Shown one piece after another: positions 26,381 to 34,889 of a stretch of DNA of 36,901 nucleotides (the stretch's first letter is position 1; every line of letters starts with the position of its first letter). The stretch comes from a virus. Taxonomy: Duplodnaviria; Caudoviricetes. The notes under the pieces are model-generated. The model searched no databases. It saw only the letters and a list, made by a program, of their open reading frames with translations, and was not told the DNA's origin. A program made the position numbers and the translations under genes. Location: positions 1 to 36,901 of IMG/VR virus record IMGVR_UViG_3300025782_000036. One strand, 5' to 3'.

Positions 26381-28308
26381 TGGCTGAAGAAATCATTAAA
26401 GAAGAACATCCTGCGGAAAAATATGCCGCTTGGATTGTTCAAAATGCTGATAAAAAAGGTACGCCTGAATTCAATACGGTAGCTGCTGCTTACCAAGATG
26501 CTTTAAAATTGGGTGCAGAGCCTAAGGCAAGCGTAGAAGTAAGTTCGCCTGAAGGTAATCCTGTTTTGGTTAATTCTCAAATGGCTGAAACTGGTGGTGG
26601 CGCTGTTACAGGTCGCCCTGTACAAAATGCCCAATTAAATATATTGCCAAAACCTCGCCCATTAGAGTCTGCTTTAGCTGGAGCCACCAAATCTTTTATT
26701 GACCCTGCTGTGGCAATGGCACAAATGCTAACTCAAGGCAAACATGGGACTAGCGATTTAGCCAAAAGATTGGGCGAAGAAGCAGATGTTTATTATCAAG
26801 AAAATCCAGTAGCTTACGGTACTGGCAGAATAGCTGGTGCTATTGCCCCTGCTGCTGCAACCACCAAAGCGATTGGTATGATTCCTTCTTTTGCCAAACT
26901 TAGCCCTTATGTTCAAGGCGCTGGATATGGTGCTGTTGCTGGAGCTTTAAGTCCTGAAGAAACAGGAAAAACAGGTCAAGAATTATTAGGCCAAGAATTA
27001 AAGCAAGTTGGTGGTGGCGCTATTTTGGGCGCACCTTCACCATTAATAGGTAAGGCTGCTGATGTTGTTTATCATGCTGGAAAATCACTTGTAGAACCAT
27101 TTTATAAAATGGGTCGCAACGAAATTATTGGTCGTGCTTTGCGTCAATTTGCTGGTGGCGATGCAGAAAAAGCCATTGAAAACTTGCGTAGTTATGAAAA
27201 TTTAGTGCCTGGTTCTGCGCCAACAGTAGGTGAAGTTGCTGGCGTACCAAGTCTTGCCGCAGCGCAAAGGGCTGTTGCTAACGCATCTCCTGAAGCAACT
27301 AATGCTTTAGCTGGTCGTCAATTAGAAAATACTCAAGCCAGAACTAATGCCCTTGAAAGCATAGCTACACCAACTAGAGTAGCCAAATATCAAGATTTGC
27401 GTAGTCGTGTTTCTGATGAACTGTATTCAGATGCATTAAAACCATTGGATTTGGGCGAATTAACCCCAGAAATGACTACTCAAATTAAAGGATTAATCAA
27501 AACTCCTGCAATTAAGCGTGCTATGGGTCAAGCCCAAGAAAACGCTGCTAATAGAGGTATTGATATTACTGACCCTGCTGGTTCTATGAGAGGTTTGCAT
27601 GAAACCAAAATGGCTTTGGATGATGAAATTGCAAGAGTTAAAGCATTGGCAGAGAAAAATGGCGGTTCAAGTAGTGCTGAATTAAACAGCTTGCAAACCG
27701 CTAAATCTCGTCTATTGAATTTTATGGAAAATGTCAGCCCAGAATATAAAGTGGCTAGACAAAACTATGAGCGCTTATCTAAGCCTGTAGAACAATTAGA
27801 AGCTATTTCCAATCTTGCCAATAAATCTACAAGCAATAAAGATTCTGCAATTTATCTCAATAGATTTTCAAATGAGTTAGAAAAAGCAAAAAACGAAGGA
27901 ATTTTGTCGCCAAGACAGATTCAGCGTTTAGAAGCCATCAAAGAAGATTTGTTGCGTACAGATTATTTGAATAACTCTGGGCGTGGTGTAGGTTCTGATA
28001 CCGTTCAAAAACTAGCTTATAACAATATGCTAAATCAGTTAAACTTACCAAATCTGCTTAGAAGGCGTGGTTTTGCCGAAACAATCGGCAATATAGCAGC
28101 AAGAGCAAGTGATGTGGCTTATGGTGGTGCTAATAAACAGCTTACCAATGAACTAGCACAGACGCTATTAGACCCAAGAAAAGCTGCTGCCATGATGAAA
28201 TTGGCTGGAAAAGAAGGTCAGGCATCTCATTTAACGCCAGAACAAGCGAATATTGCAAGATTGCTATTAATTAAAGGCGCAGAAAATTTGCCACAGGAGA
28301 ATAAATAA
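26380..28308 (+). CDS. Large internal virion / DNA ejection protein
   Basis: 642 aa, Ala/Gly-rich helical; last gene before the fibre. Confidence 0.65.
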   Translation: MAEEIIKEEHPAEKYAAWIVQNADKKGTPEFNTVAAAYQDALKLGAEPKASVEVSSPEGNPVLVNSQMAETGGGAVTGRPVQNAQLNILPKPRPLESALAGATKSFIDPAVAMAQMLTQGKHGTSDLAKRLGEEADVYYQENPVAYGTGRIAGAIAPAAATTKAIGMIPSFAKLSPYVQGAGYGAVAGALSPEETGKTGQELLGQELKQVGGGAILGAPSPLIGKAADVVYHAGKSLVEPFYKMGRNEIIGRALRQFAGGDAEKAIENLRSYENLVPGSAPTVGEVAGVPSLAAAQRAVANASPEATNALAGRQLENTQARTNALESIATPTRVAKYQDLRSRVSDELYSDALKPLDLGELTPEMTTQIKGLIKTPAIKRAMGQAQENAANRGIDITDPAGSMRGLHETKMALDDEIARVKALAEKNGGSSSAELNSLQTAKSRLLNFMENVSPEYKVARQNYERLSKPVEQLEAISNLANKSTSNKDSAIYLNRFSNELEKAKNEGILSPRQIQRLEAIKEDLLRTDYLNNSGRGVGSDTVQKLAYNNMLNQLNLPNLLRRRGFAETIGNIAARASDVAYGGANKQLTNELAQTLLDPRKAAAMMKLAGKEGQASHLTPEQANIARLLLIKGAENLPQENK

Positions 28309-29120
28309 TGAGTCGTAACGGTAGCGGTACATATTCACTTCCAGCAGGAAATCCTGTAGTCACAGGCACAACTATTAGTTCTACATGGGCTAATACGACT
28401 CTTTCTGACATTGCAAGCGCTTTAACAGGGTCTATTGCATCAGATGGTCAGACCCCTATGGCTGGCCCACTTAACATGAATAACAACGAAATTACCAATC
28501 TGCCAGTCGGTACTGTGCAAGGTAATGCTGTTGAATTCTTCCAGTTTTCCACCCCTACTTTTAGCGGTAATGTAACTTGTGGTTCTACTGGCTATATTCA
28601 GATTCCTAATGGAACTACTGCCCAAAGACCTTCAGCCCCTTCAAATGGTGAAATTCGCTATAACACCACTACCAACGCCTATGAAGGGTTTAAAGGCGGT
28701 ATTGCTGGCGCTGGAATCTCAAGCATTACTTATTCCACCACTACAGCTACTTTGAACACTACAGGAGTTCATGGTTTGGCTACAGGTGCAGTAGTAACGG
28801 TTTCTGGGGCTAGTCCAAGCGCCTATAACGGCACTTTTACCATCACAGTAACCTCTACGACTACATTTACCTATACGATGGCGACCAATCCTGGCGCAAA
28901 TGCCAGCACAGTAGGTTCTTATACCTATGGCGCATGGAGTACATTAGGCGGTGGCGCAACAGGAAGCGGTACAGACCAGATTTTTAACCTAAATGGACAA
29001 ACAATTACCAATTCATATACCATTCCAAGCGGTTATAATGCAAATACAACAGGAACGGTAACAATTAATGGTGGCGTTGTTGTCACAGTTTCTACTGGCT
29101 CACGCTGGGTAATCGTTTAA
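28308..29120 (+). CDS. Tail fibre, proximal anchor subunit
   Basis: MSRNGSGTYSLPAGNPV; PNGTTAQRP...IRYNTT; FCCH-like insert; ends STGSRWVIV. Confidence 0.75.
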   Translation: MSRNGSGTYSLPAGNPVVTGTTISSTWANTTLSDIASALTGSIASDGQTPMAGPLNMNNNEITNLPVGTVQGNAVEFFQFSTPTFSGNVTCGSTGYIQIPNGTTAQRPSAPSNGEIRYNTTTNAYEGFKGGIAGAGISSITYSTTTATLNTTGVHGLATGAVVTVSGASPSAYNGTFTITVTSTTTFTYTMATNPGANASTVGSYTYGAWSTLGGGATGSGTDQIFNLNGQTITNSYTIPSGYNANTTGTVTINGGVVVTVSTGSRWVIV

Positions 29121-29129
29121 GGAAAAATT

Positions 29130-29489
29130 ATGGCTGGCACTTTAGTCGCAAACACAATTAACACCGATACAGGCTTATTTAGCACTAATAATGCTTACAG
29201 CGGTATTGCTAAAGCATGGGTAAACTTTGCTGGTGCAACAGGAACAGTAAATGGCTCTTTTAATGTTAGTTCTGTAACAAGAGCAAGCACAGGAACATAT
29301 ACTGTAAATTTAACAACCGCTATGCCAAATGCAAATTATGCGATTACTTTTGGGTGCATTGTTGGTGGTGCTGGTCGTGGATGCTATTCATCTGCCGCAC
29401 CAACTACTACAACTTTTGATGTTTATGCTACAACTTCAGGTGGTGTAGTAGACCCTACCCAAGTGTGGGCAACAGTATTTAGTTCATAA
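29130..29489 (+). CDS. Small tail-fibre module (AKAWVNF family), paralogue 1
   Basis: AKAWVNF...SFNVSSVTRASTGTYTVNLTTAMPNANY. Confidence 0.7.
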   Translation: MAGTLVANTINTDTGLFSTNNAYSGIAKAWVNFAGATGTVNGSFNVSSVTRASTGTYTVNLTTAMPNANYAITFGCIVGGAGRGCYSSAAPTTTTFDVYATTSGGVVDPTQVWATVFSS

Positions 29490-29498
29490 GGATAAATC

Positions 29499-30110
29499 AT
29501 GGCAGGAACAATCTACCTAGTCACCAACAATCTGAACGGCAAGCAATATGTCGGTCAGACTATTGTTGCTGGCAATAAGGTAGGTCATGGTTATATGGTT
29601 ACGGCTGCATATAAGAAGTATGGTAAAGAAAACTTTACCTACGAAACCATTTGTAGTGATTTAGACAATAAAGCTATTCTAAACTTTGCTGAACGCTTTT
29701 GGATTAAGGTAATGGATTCACGCACTCCAAACGGCTACAATATTGAACATGGCGGTTCTAGCAAAGATAAGGTTTCAGATGAAACTCGCAAAAAGCTAAG
29801 TATTGCTAATACTGGTAAAAAGCAGTCACCTGAACAAATTGCCAAAGTAGTTAAAGCCTTAAAAAGCAGACCAAAAGAATTGTATGAAAAGATTTCTAAA
29901 AAAACTAGAGGTCAAAAACGCAGTCCTGAGTTTTGTAAGAAATTAGGTGAAAGAAGTAAGGGCAAAGTATTATCTGAGGAAACTAAAGCCAAGATTCGTG
30001 AGGCTAGGAGTAAGCAGGTAATTACTGAGGAACATAAACGCAAATTGTCCGAAGCTGCCAAAAAGCAGTGGGCTAGGCAAAAAGGAGAACTATCATCGCT
30101 GGAACAATAG
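29499..30110 (+). mobile_element. Free-standing GIY-YIG homing endonuclease with NUMOD3-like repeats
   Basis: GTIYLVTNNLNGKQYVGQT, KYGKENF, PNGYNI, SDETRKKLS and SEETKAKI repeats. Confidence 0.9.
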
Positions 30111-30490
30111 TCGCAGACCAACTGCAAGACGGTGCTGGTAATAGCACAGCAATGGATAATGCCATTTATGGTAGTGCAAAGGCTTGGGTAAATTTTAATG
30201 GTGTAACAACTGTAACCATTCATGCTTCATATAATGTAAGTTCTGTTACAAGAAATAATACTGGCGATTACACAATCAATTTTACTAATGCTTTTTCTGA
30301 TGTAAATTATGCAGTATCAAGCATTGGTTCAAATACAACTGGTAGCTACAATGGAACAACATCGTTGTATCAAACCACTATTGGTGCAAATCCAATGACA
30401 ACAACTTCTGTAAGAATTAGAACCACAGGAAATGGTAATGTAAGCTCATCTGAAGATGCTTATTTTGCTTGCATCGCTTGTTTTAGATAA
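30095..30490 (+). CDS. Small tail-fibre module (AKAWVNF family), paralogue 2; likely start is ATC at 30095 (first ATG 30152)
   Basis: In-frame (I)AGTIVADQLQDG parallels MAGTLVANTINTD; AAGGAG 7 nt upstream. Confidence 0.7.
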   Translation: MAGTIVADQLQDGAGNSTAMDNAIYGSAKAWVNFNGVTTVTIHASYNVSSVTRNNTGDYTINFTNAFSDVNYAVSSIGSNTTGSYNGTTSLYQTTIGANPMTTTSVRIRTTGNGNVSSSEDAYFACIACFR

Positions 30491-30505
30491 TTTAAAGGAA
30501 TAATA

Positions 30506-31024
30506 ATGTCACAAGTAATGCCTCCTTATGAAAAACTACATAGCCTGTTTGAATACAGGGATGGTATGCTTTTTCATAAAGCTGGCAAAACTGACTCTAT
30601 GGGGCGTTCAATGAGTCATTTGGCTGGTCAAAGGGCTGGCACATTGCACCCATTGGGATACCGCAAGGTGTCTGTAGACCAACAGCCATACATGGAACAT
30701 CGTGTAATTTGGAAAATGTTTAACAAAGATTTTGAAGATGGTACTTTAGACCATATTAATAACAATCGTACAGATAACCGCATTGAAAACTTGCGTCTTG
30801 CTAGTCGTGCAGAAAACAATCAAAATGCTATATTACGCAAAGATAATAAAAGCGGTGCGAAAGGTGTTTATTGGAACGCTAGGGACAAACGCTGGACAGC
30901 ATCCATTTCAATAAATGGTAAGCGTAAGTCGTTAGGTAATTTTGAAGATTTGGCTTTAGCTACGGAATTTATCCAGTTGGCTAGGGATATGGTTCATGGC
31001 GATTTTGCCAATCATGGAATTTAA
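30506..31024 (+). mobile_element. Free-standing HNH-AP2 homing endonuclease
   Basis: HRVIW...DHINNNRTDNRIENLR...N; SGAKGVYW...WTASISINGKRKSLG. Confidence 0.9.
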
Positions 31025-31033
31025 GGAGATATT

Positions 31034-31438
31034 ATGAGTCAAGTGATTATTTACGCTAATAGCAATGGGGGCGTTTCGGTATGCGTGCCTACTGGTGAGT
31101 TACCTATCAATGAGGTGTTAGCGAAGGATGCTCCAGCAGGGGCGATTATTGTGGATGATTCCACACTACCTCAGGGTGCTGATTCCGTTTTTTTTGACGC
31201 ATGGAAGCTAAATGGCTCTACTGTTACTGTAGATTTCCCAACAGCCCAAGCCCACAAACTGCGTGACTTTAATGCCGCTGCGGTTCAAGTAGCCCAAAAA
31301 CGTCAATTAAACACATTAGCTGGTATTGCTAACGCTAAATCTGACGCTGACTTTGCTTCTGAACTAGCTACTAGCCGTGAAAGCATTGCATCTGCTACAA
31401 CGACTGCTGAGTTAGTAGCAATCGCTAATCCTGTTTAA
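31034..31438 (+). CDS. Tail-fibre assembly/chaperone-like protein
   Basis: GGVSVCVPTGEL...KDAP...FFDAW; follows fibre modules. Confidence 0.6.
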   Translation: MSQVIIYANSNGGVSVCVPTGELPINEVLAKDAPAGAIIVDDSTLPQGADSVFFDAWKLNGSTVTVDFPTAQAHKLRDFNAAAVQVAQKRQLNTLAGIANAKSDADFASELATSRESIASATTTAELVAIANPV

Positions 31439-31447
31439 GGAATAATT

Positions 31448-31897
31448 ATGTCAGTATCTTTATATGGTAGTGGAAACACAATAATCCAAGCGCAAAATAC
31501 CACTATTCAAAATAATACAGGTGCTGGATATGTTTCTACAACTAGCACTTCTTATGTTACTACTGGTGTTTCGGTAAGCATTACACCGCAAGCTACAACA
31601 AGTAAAATTTTGATTTTGGTTCAAGGCATTACTGCTGGCGCTTCTAATATAAATGTCCCATTAACTATTTATCGTGGAGGCACAAATTTAGTTACTGGAA
31701 CCGCACCAGGGGATTTATATGCAAACTCTTATGCTGGTCCTGGAACTACATTTTTTTTAGATTCTCCAGCTACAACTTCTGCAACTACATACACAGTTTA
31801 TATTCGTTCATCTACTGGTGGTGCAGTCTATTTTGGCTATCCGCCATCAACCGCTTGTGCTTTAAGCATAACAGCATTAGAAATTTCAGGAAGCTAA
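31448..31897 (+). CDS. Small tail-fibre module
   Basis: SVSITPQATTSKILI...LDSPATTSATTYTVY...SITALEIS. Confidence 0.65.
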   Translation: MSVSLYGSGNTIIQAQNTTIQNNTGAGYVSTTSTSYVTTGVSVSITPQATTSKILILVQGITAGASNINVPLTIYRGGTNLVTGTAPGDLYANSYAGPGTTFFLDSPATTSATTYTVYIRSSTGGAVYFGYPPSTACALSITALEISGS

Positions 31898-31898
31898 T

Positions 31899-32147
31899 AT
31901 GGCAAATTTACATCAAGCTATTTTTGCACTAAACCCATCTGTAGTTACCATTCGTGGCGATATTGCTTATGACAAAGATGAACAAATAGTTCAATATGAT
32001 ATGGCTCAAGCACAAGCTAAATTAGTAGAACTACAAGCACAAGAAACACAAGCAGAACAAGCTACTAAAGATGCAAAGGCTTCTGCACTAGCTAAACTAA
32101 CAGCATTAGGACTAACACAAGCTGAAGTAACTGCCCTTATTGGATAA
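31899..32147 (+). CDS. Small tail-associated protein
   Basis: Ends KASALAKLTALGLTQAEVTALIG. Confidence 0.6.
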   Translation: MANLHQAIFALNPSVVTIRGDIAYDKDEQIVQYDMAQAQAKLVELQAQETQAEQATKDAKASALAKLTALGLTQAEVTALIG

Positions 32148-32149
32148 TT

Positions 32150-32380
32150 ATGGAACTGCAAGCATTTTTTAACATGGTTTTGCCATTGATTTTTGTGGCA
32201 ATCGGCTGGTTTATGAAAGAACTCTGGACTGCCGTTCAAGCGTTAAAAATTGACTTGCGTGACCTCAGAACTCACCTTGCTGAAAATTATATGCACAAGG
32301 ATGATTTCTCTGACCGTTGGGATGAAGTTTTAACCGCCCTTCACCGCCTAGAAGATAAGCTAGACAGCCTTAAAAAATGA
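32150..32380 (+). CDS. Membrane protein, lysis-associated (holin/antiholin-like)
   Basis: One N-terminal TM segment plus coiled coil. Confidence 0.55.
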   Translation: MELQAFFNMVLPLIFVAIGWFMKELWTAVQALKIDLRDLRTHLAENYMHKDDFSDRWDEVLTALHRLEDKLDSLKK

Positions 32381-32604
32381 TTTCCAAGGTTTTAAATGAC
32401 CTCTTAACTGGAGAGGACAATAAAACCCATGACATTGGCCGTTGGTCTTGGATGATTTCCCTATTTGCCGTTATCATAGGGGCTGGTTATGAAATTGTGC
32501 GTGGCGATATGCCAAACCTTAAAGACTTTGCAGAAGCCGTAGGAATTATTGCTGGCGCTCATGGCGCTGCGGTGATGCTTAAAAAGGATGCAGAACCAAA
32601 ATGA
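32377..32604 (+). CDS. Holin-like membrane protein
   Basis: Two hydrophobic segments; in the lysis cassette. Confidence 0.55.
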   Translation: MISKVLNDLLTGEDNKTHDIGRWSWMISLFAVIIGAGYEIVRGDMPNLKDFAEAVGIIAGAHGAAVMLKKDAEPK

Positions 32605-33032
32605 ACTTTTTAATGAACCTATTTGGTGGCACAAGTGGACAAATCTACATATATTTGGCTTTGGTTTTGGGTAGCTTTGGCGGTGGCTTTTATATTGAGC
32701 ATCTGCGCTTCTCTGAATATCGAGCAGAAGTCGCTATTGCAGGTCAAAAACAAGCGCAAGAATCTACTGCCAAAGAACAAGAACAACAAATCGCAATAAA
32801 GGAGCTACAGAATGAATATGAAGCTAAGTTGTCTGCTAACCATAATTACCTTAGCAGGATGCTCAACACCAGTCCCAAGCAACTGTCCAGTCTTGATTCC
32901 ACCACCATCAGCATTAATGGCACAACCAAAAGCTGCATGGCTATTGCCACCGATTCAGCCGATGATGCCCAGCAAATAATTGCTTTACAAGATTACATTA
33001 ACAATCAACTACAAATAGTCAATGCCAAGTAA
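32601..33032 (+). CDS. Rz/spanin-like protein
   Basis: N-terminal TM followed by coiled coil; next to the endolysin. Confidence 0.6.
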   Translation: MNFLMNLFGGTSGQIYIYLALVLGSFGGGFYIEHLRFSEYRAEVAIAGQKQAQESTAKEQEQQIAIKELQNEYEAKLSANHNYLSRMLNTSPKQLSSLDSTTISINGTTKSCMAIATDSADDAQQIIALQDYINNQLQIVNAK

Positions 33033-33534
33033 TTTTGATGAAGCCTTGCGCCTGTTAATTAAAAGCGAAGGAGGATTTTCGGATTCAATAGGCGACCCAG
33101 GCGGTGCTACAAAGTACGGAGTTACCAGAGAAACATGGGAAGAATGGGTAGGCCATTCTGTATCTGTGGAAACCATGAAAAATGTCACAATAGAACAGGT
33201 AGCGCCACTATATGAGCAACGATACTGGAAACCCTGTGAACTTTTACCTAGAGGACTTAGCTTCCTTGTTTTCTCAATGGGGGTCAATGCAGGAATTGGT
33301 CGGTCTATTAAACTTCTGGAGTCCTGTCTTGGACTCGTACCTACTGGAAGCATCGGAGAGCGAGTTGCCGACAAGATTAAAGAACTTAATATTGCAGATG
33401 TTATCGGCAAATTCTCACAATCCAGAAGGGACTATTACCATTCATTAAAGACTTTTCCACTATTTGGGCATGGATGGCTCAAGCGAGTAAATATTGAGGA
33501 AAAAGAAGCTCTTGATATGGTCAAAAACGGTTAA
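33022..33534 (+). CDS. Endolysin, glycosyl hydrolase family 108
   Basis: SEGGF...DPGGATKYGVT...FGHGWLKRV. Confidence 0.9.
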   Translation: MPSNFDEALRLLIKSEGGFSDSIGDPGGATKYGVTRETWEEWVGHSVSVETMKNVTIEQVAPLYEQRYWKPCELLPRGLSFLVFSMGVNAGIGRSIKLLESCLGLVPTGSIGERVADKIKELNIADVIGKFSQSRRDYYHSLKTFPLFGHGWLKRVNIEEKEALDMVKNG

Positions 33535-33727
33535 TAGTCAGCCAGAAACAATATCCAAACACCGCTACTGCTACCAAAGCCCCTAAAAGCCCCCAAAACA
33601 CACTGTATTCGCCTTCTGCTGGTCTAGTAATAGCGGTGGCATACTCAGCATCTTTAAACGCCTCTGAGAGCGTTCTAGGGCTTTTTAACCATCTTTGGTA
33701 ATTATTTACAAAATGTTCGTAACTCAT
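33521..33727 (-). CDS. Small membrane protein
   Basis: PRTLSEAF; C-terminal TM segment. Confidence 0.7.
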   Translation of the reverse strand: MSYEHFVNNYQRWLKSPRTLSEAFKDAEYATAITRPAEGEYSVFWGLLGALVAVAVFGYCFWLTINRF

Positions 33728-33966
33728 CCCTCTTGTGCCTTTCTTAGTATTGCTCTAGCAAAATTAATAGGGTCTAAATCAGGGTTATGCCAAGCAGTAG
33801 CGCCAACTAAAGATTGATTTGCAATTTCTAATATTTCCTCATCTGTTAGTGTCTTTGCTGGATGGGTGTAGAGTGGTTTCCAAAACATATAGCCATCGTC
33901 CTCCCCTTTAACTAAAGAAAGTTGGTCATCACCACTTCTAATCCACGCTACTGGTTTATTATTCAT
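33724..33966 (-). CDS. PVAW/LTDEEI/FARAILRKAQE modular-family protein
   Basis: Motifs shared with the neighbouring gene. Confidence 0.75.
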   Translation of the reverse strand: MNNKPVAWIRSGDDQLSLVKGEDDGYMFWKPLYTHPAKTLTDEEILEIANQSLVGATAWHNPDLDPINFARAILRKAQEG

Positions 33967-34244
33967 TTCTCTTGTGCCTTTCTTAGTATTGCTCTAGCAA
34001 ACTTAATAAACGAATCTTGATAATCATGCACTTCAAAAGTTGTATCAAAGACTTCTGTTATTTCCTCATCTGTTAGGGTCTTTGCTGGATAAATAGGTTC
34101 TGATGCATTCAAGAAACCTGATGCGGTTATTTGCTCATAAGTGTAAAGTGGAATATCATCCCAGCTTTCTTTTTCATTGGTAACTATTGTGTCAGTAAAT
34201 CCAAACTGCAATTCATTTTTACCAATCCACGCTACTGGTTCATT
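33730..34244. repeat. Three paired near-identical boxes shared by two adjacent paralogues
   Basis: 33730-33769 vs 33969-34008 (39/40); 33832-33863 vs 34059-34090 (31/32); 33940-33960 vs 34224-34244 (20/21). Confidence 0.85.
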
Positions 34245-34475
34245 GTCAGCCTCTTGAGTAAAATCAGATAGCCTTTGTAATGCGGCTTCTTTTTTCAACG
34301 CCTCTATTTCAGCTTGTTGCTCTAATACTTTTGCATAAAGTTTGTCGTGATTAACAAGTAAAGAATAGTATTCAGCTTGTTGCTGGCGTAGCATGGTGGC
34401 TATTTCTTCTGAGTGCTCATAAATCCTGCCACTATCAAACAAAATCATTAAGTCAGCCATTTCATTTGCGTTCAT
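33963..34475 (-). CDS. MNANE/PVAW/LTDEEI modular-family protein
   Basis: ATG at 34475 with AGGAG RBS; ATGA overlap downstream. Confidence 0.75.
   Translation of the reverse strand: MNANEMADLMILFDSGRIYEHSEEIATMLRQQQAEYYSLLVNHDKLYAKVLEQQAEIEALKKEAALQRLSDFTQEADNEPVAWIGKNELQFGFTDTIVTNEKESWDDIPLYTYEQITASGFLNASEPIYPAKTLTDEEITEVFDTTFEVHDYQDSFIKFARAILRKAQEK
34348..34474. repeat. Exact 127-bp direct repeat, copy 2
   Basis: Identical to 1-127. Confidence 0.95.
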
Positions 34476-34476
34476 A

Positions 34477-34722
34477 TTATCTCCTAAACTGTGGTATGGG
34501 TTTGCGTCTACCGTATTGTAACCTAACTTTGATCGCCTCGATGGTGCCGATGCGTTTGTTACGCCAGCCTTGGTGAGCACGGCGAATCATCTGCATCTTG
34601 GTTCGTTGCTTTTGGAGCAACTTTAGTTGCCTATTACGCAACACCCGACGCCTACCCACTCTACCAAAAATAGTGGTAAAGTGGGTTCGTGGCGCTGTTT
34701 TACGAAAGTTTAGCGATCTCAC
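34477..34722 (-). CDS. Basic hypothetical protein
   Basis: ORF track; Arg/Lys-rich. Confidence 0.6.
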   Translation of the reverse strand: MRSLNFRKTAPRTHFTTIFGRVGRRRVLRNRQLKLLQKQRTKMQMIRRAHQGWRNKRIGTIEAIKVRLQYGRRKPIPQFRR

Positions 34723-34889
34723 TGCCTTACACCAATACCATGAGCTTGTTCAATTGTTCTACCAATAGCTAAATGAATGTCTTGCAAAGTAACATATCCA
34801 GTTGTCATTCCTTCAGCCATAACATCAAACATGGCATCATTAGCAAGCACAATAATTTCTTCATCAGTCAACGGCTCTTTATTTGTCAT
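34719..34889 (-). CDS. LTDEEI-family small protein
   Basis: MTNKEPLTDEEI...TIEQAHGIG. Confidence 0.65.
   Translation of the reverse strand: MTNKEPLTDEEIIVLANDAMFDVMAEGMTTGYVTLQDIHLAIGRTIEQAHGIGVRQ

Noticed and set aside
9971-28625. Many short antisense or out-of-frame ORFs in the structural region (e.g. 11280..11654, 16205..16573, 23957..24277)
   Set aside because: Shadows of long, well-supported plus-strand genes, with no RBS or motifs.
29513-30100. Self-splicing intron around the GIY-YIG ORF
   Set aside because: The ORF fills the whole interval, leaving no room for a ribozyme core, and a new SD is supplied downstream.
29130-31897. Diversity-generating retroelement acting on the fibre modules
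   Set aside because: No reverse transcriptase and no template/variable repeat pair differing only at adenines.
32601-33032. Nested Rz1-type lipoprotein
   Set aside because: I saw no convincing lipobox ORF in an alternative frame.
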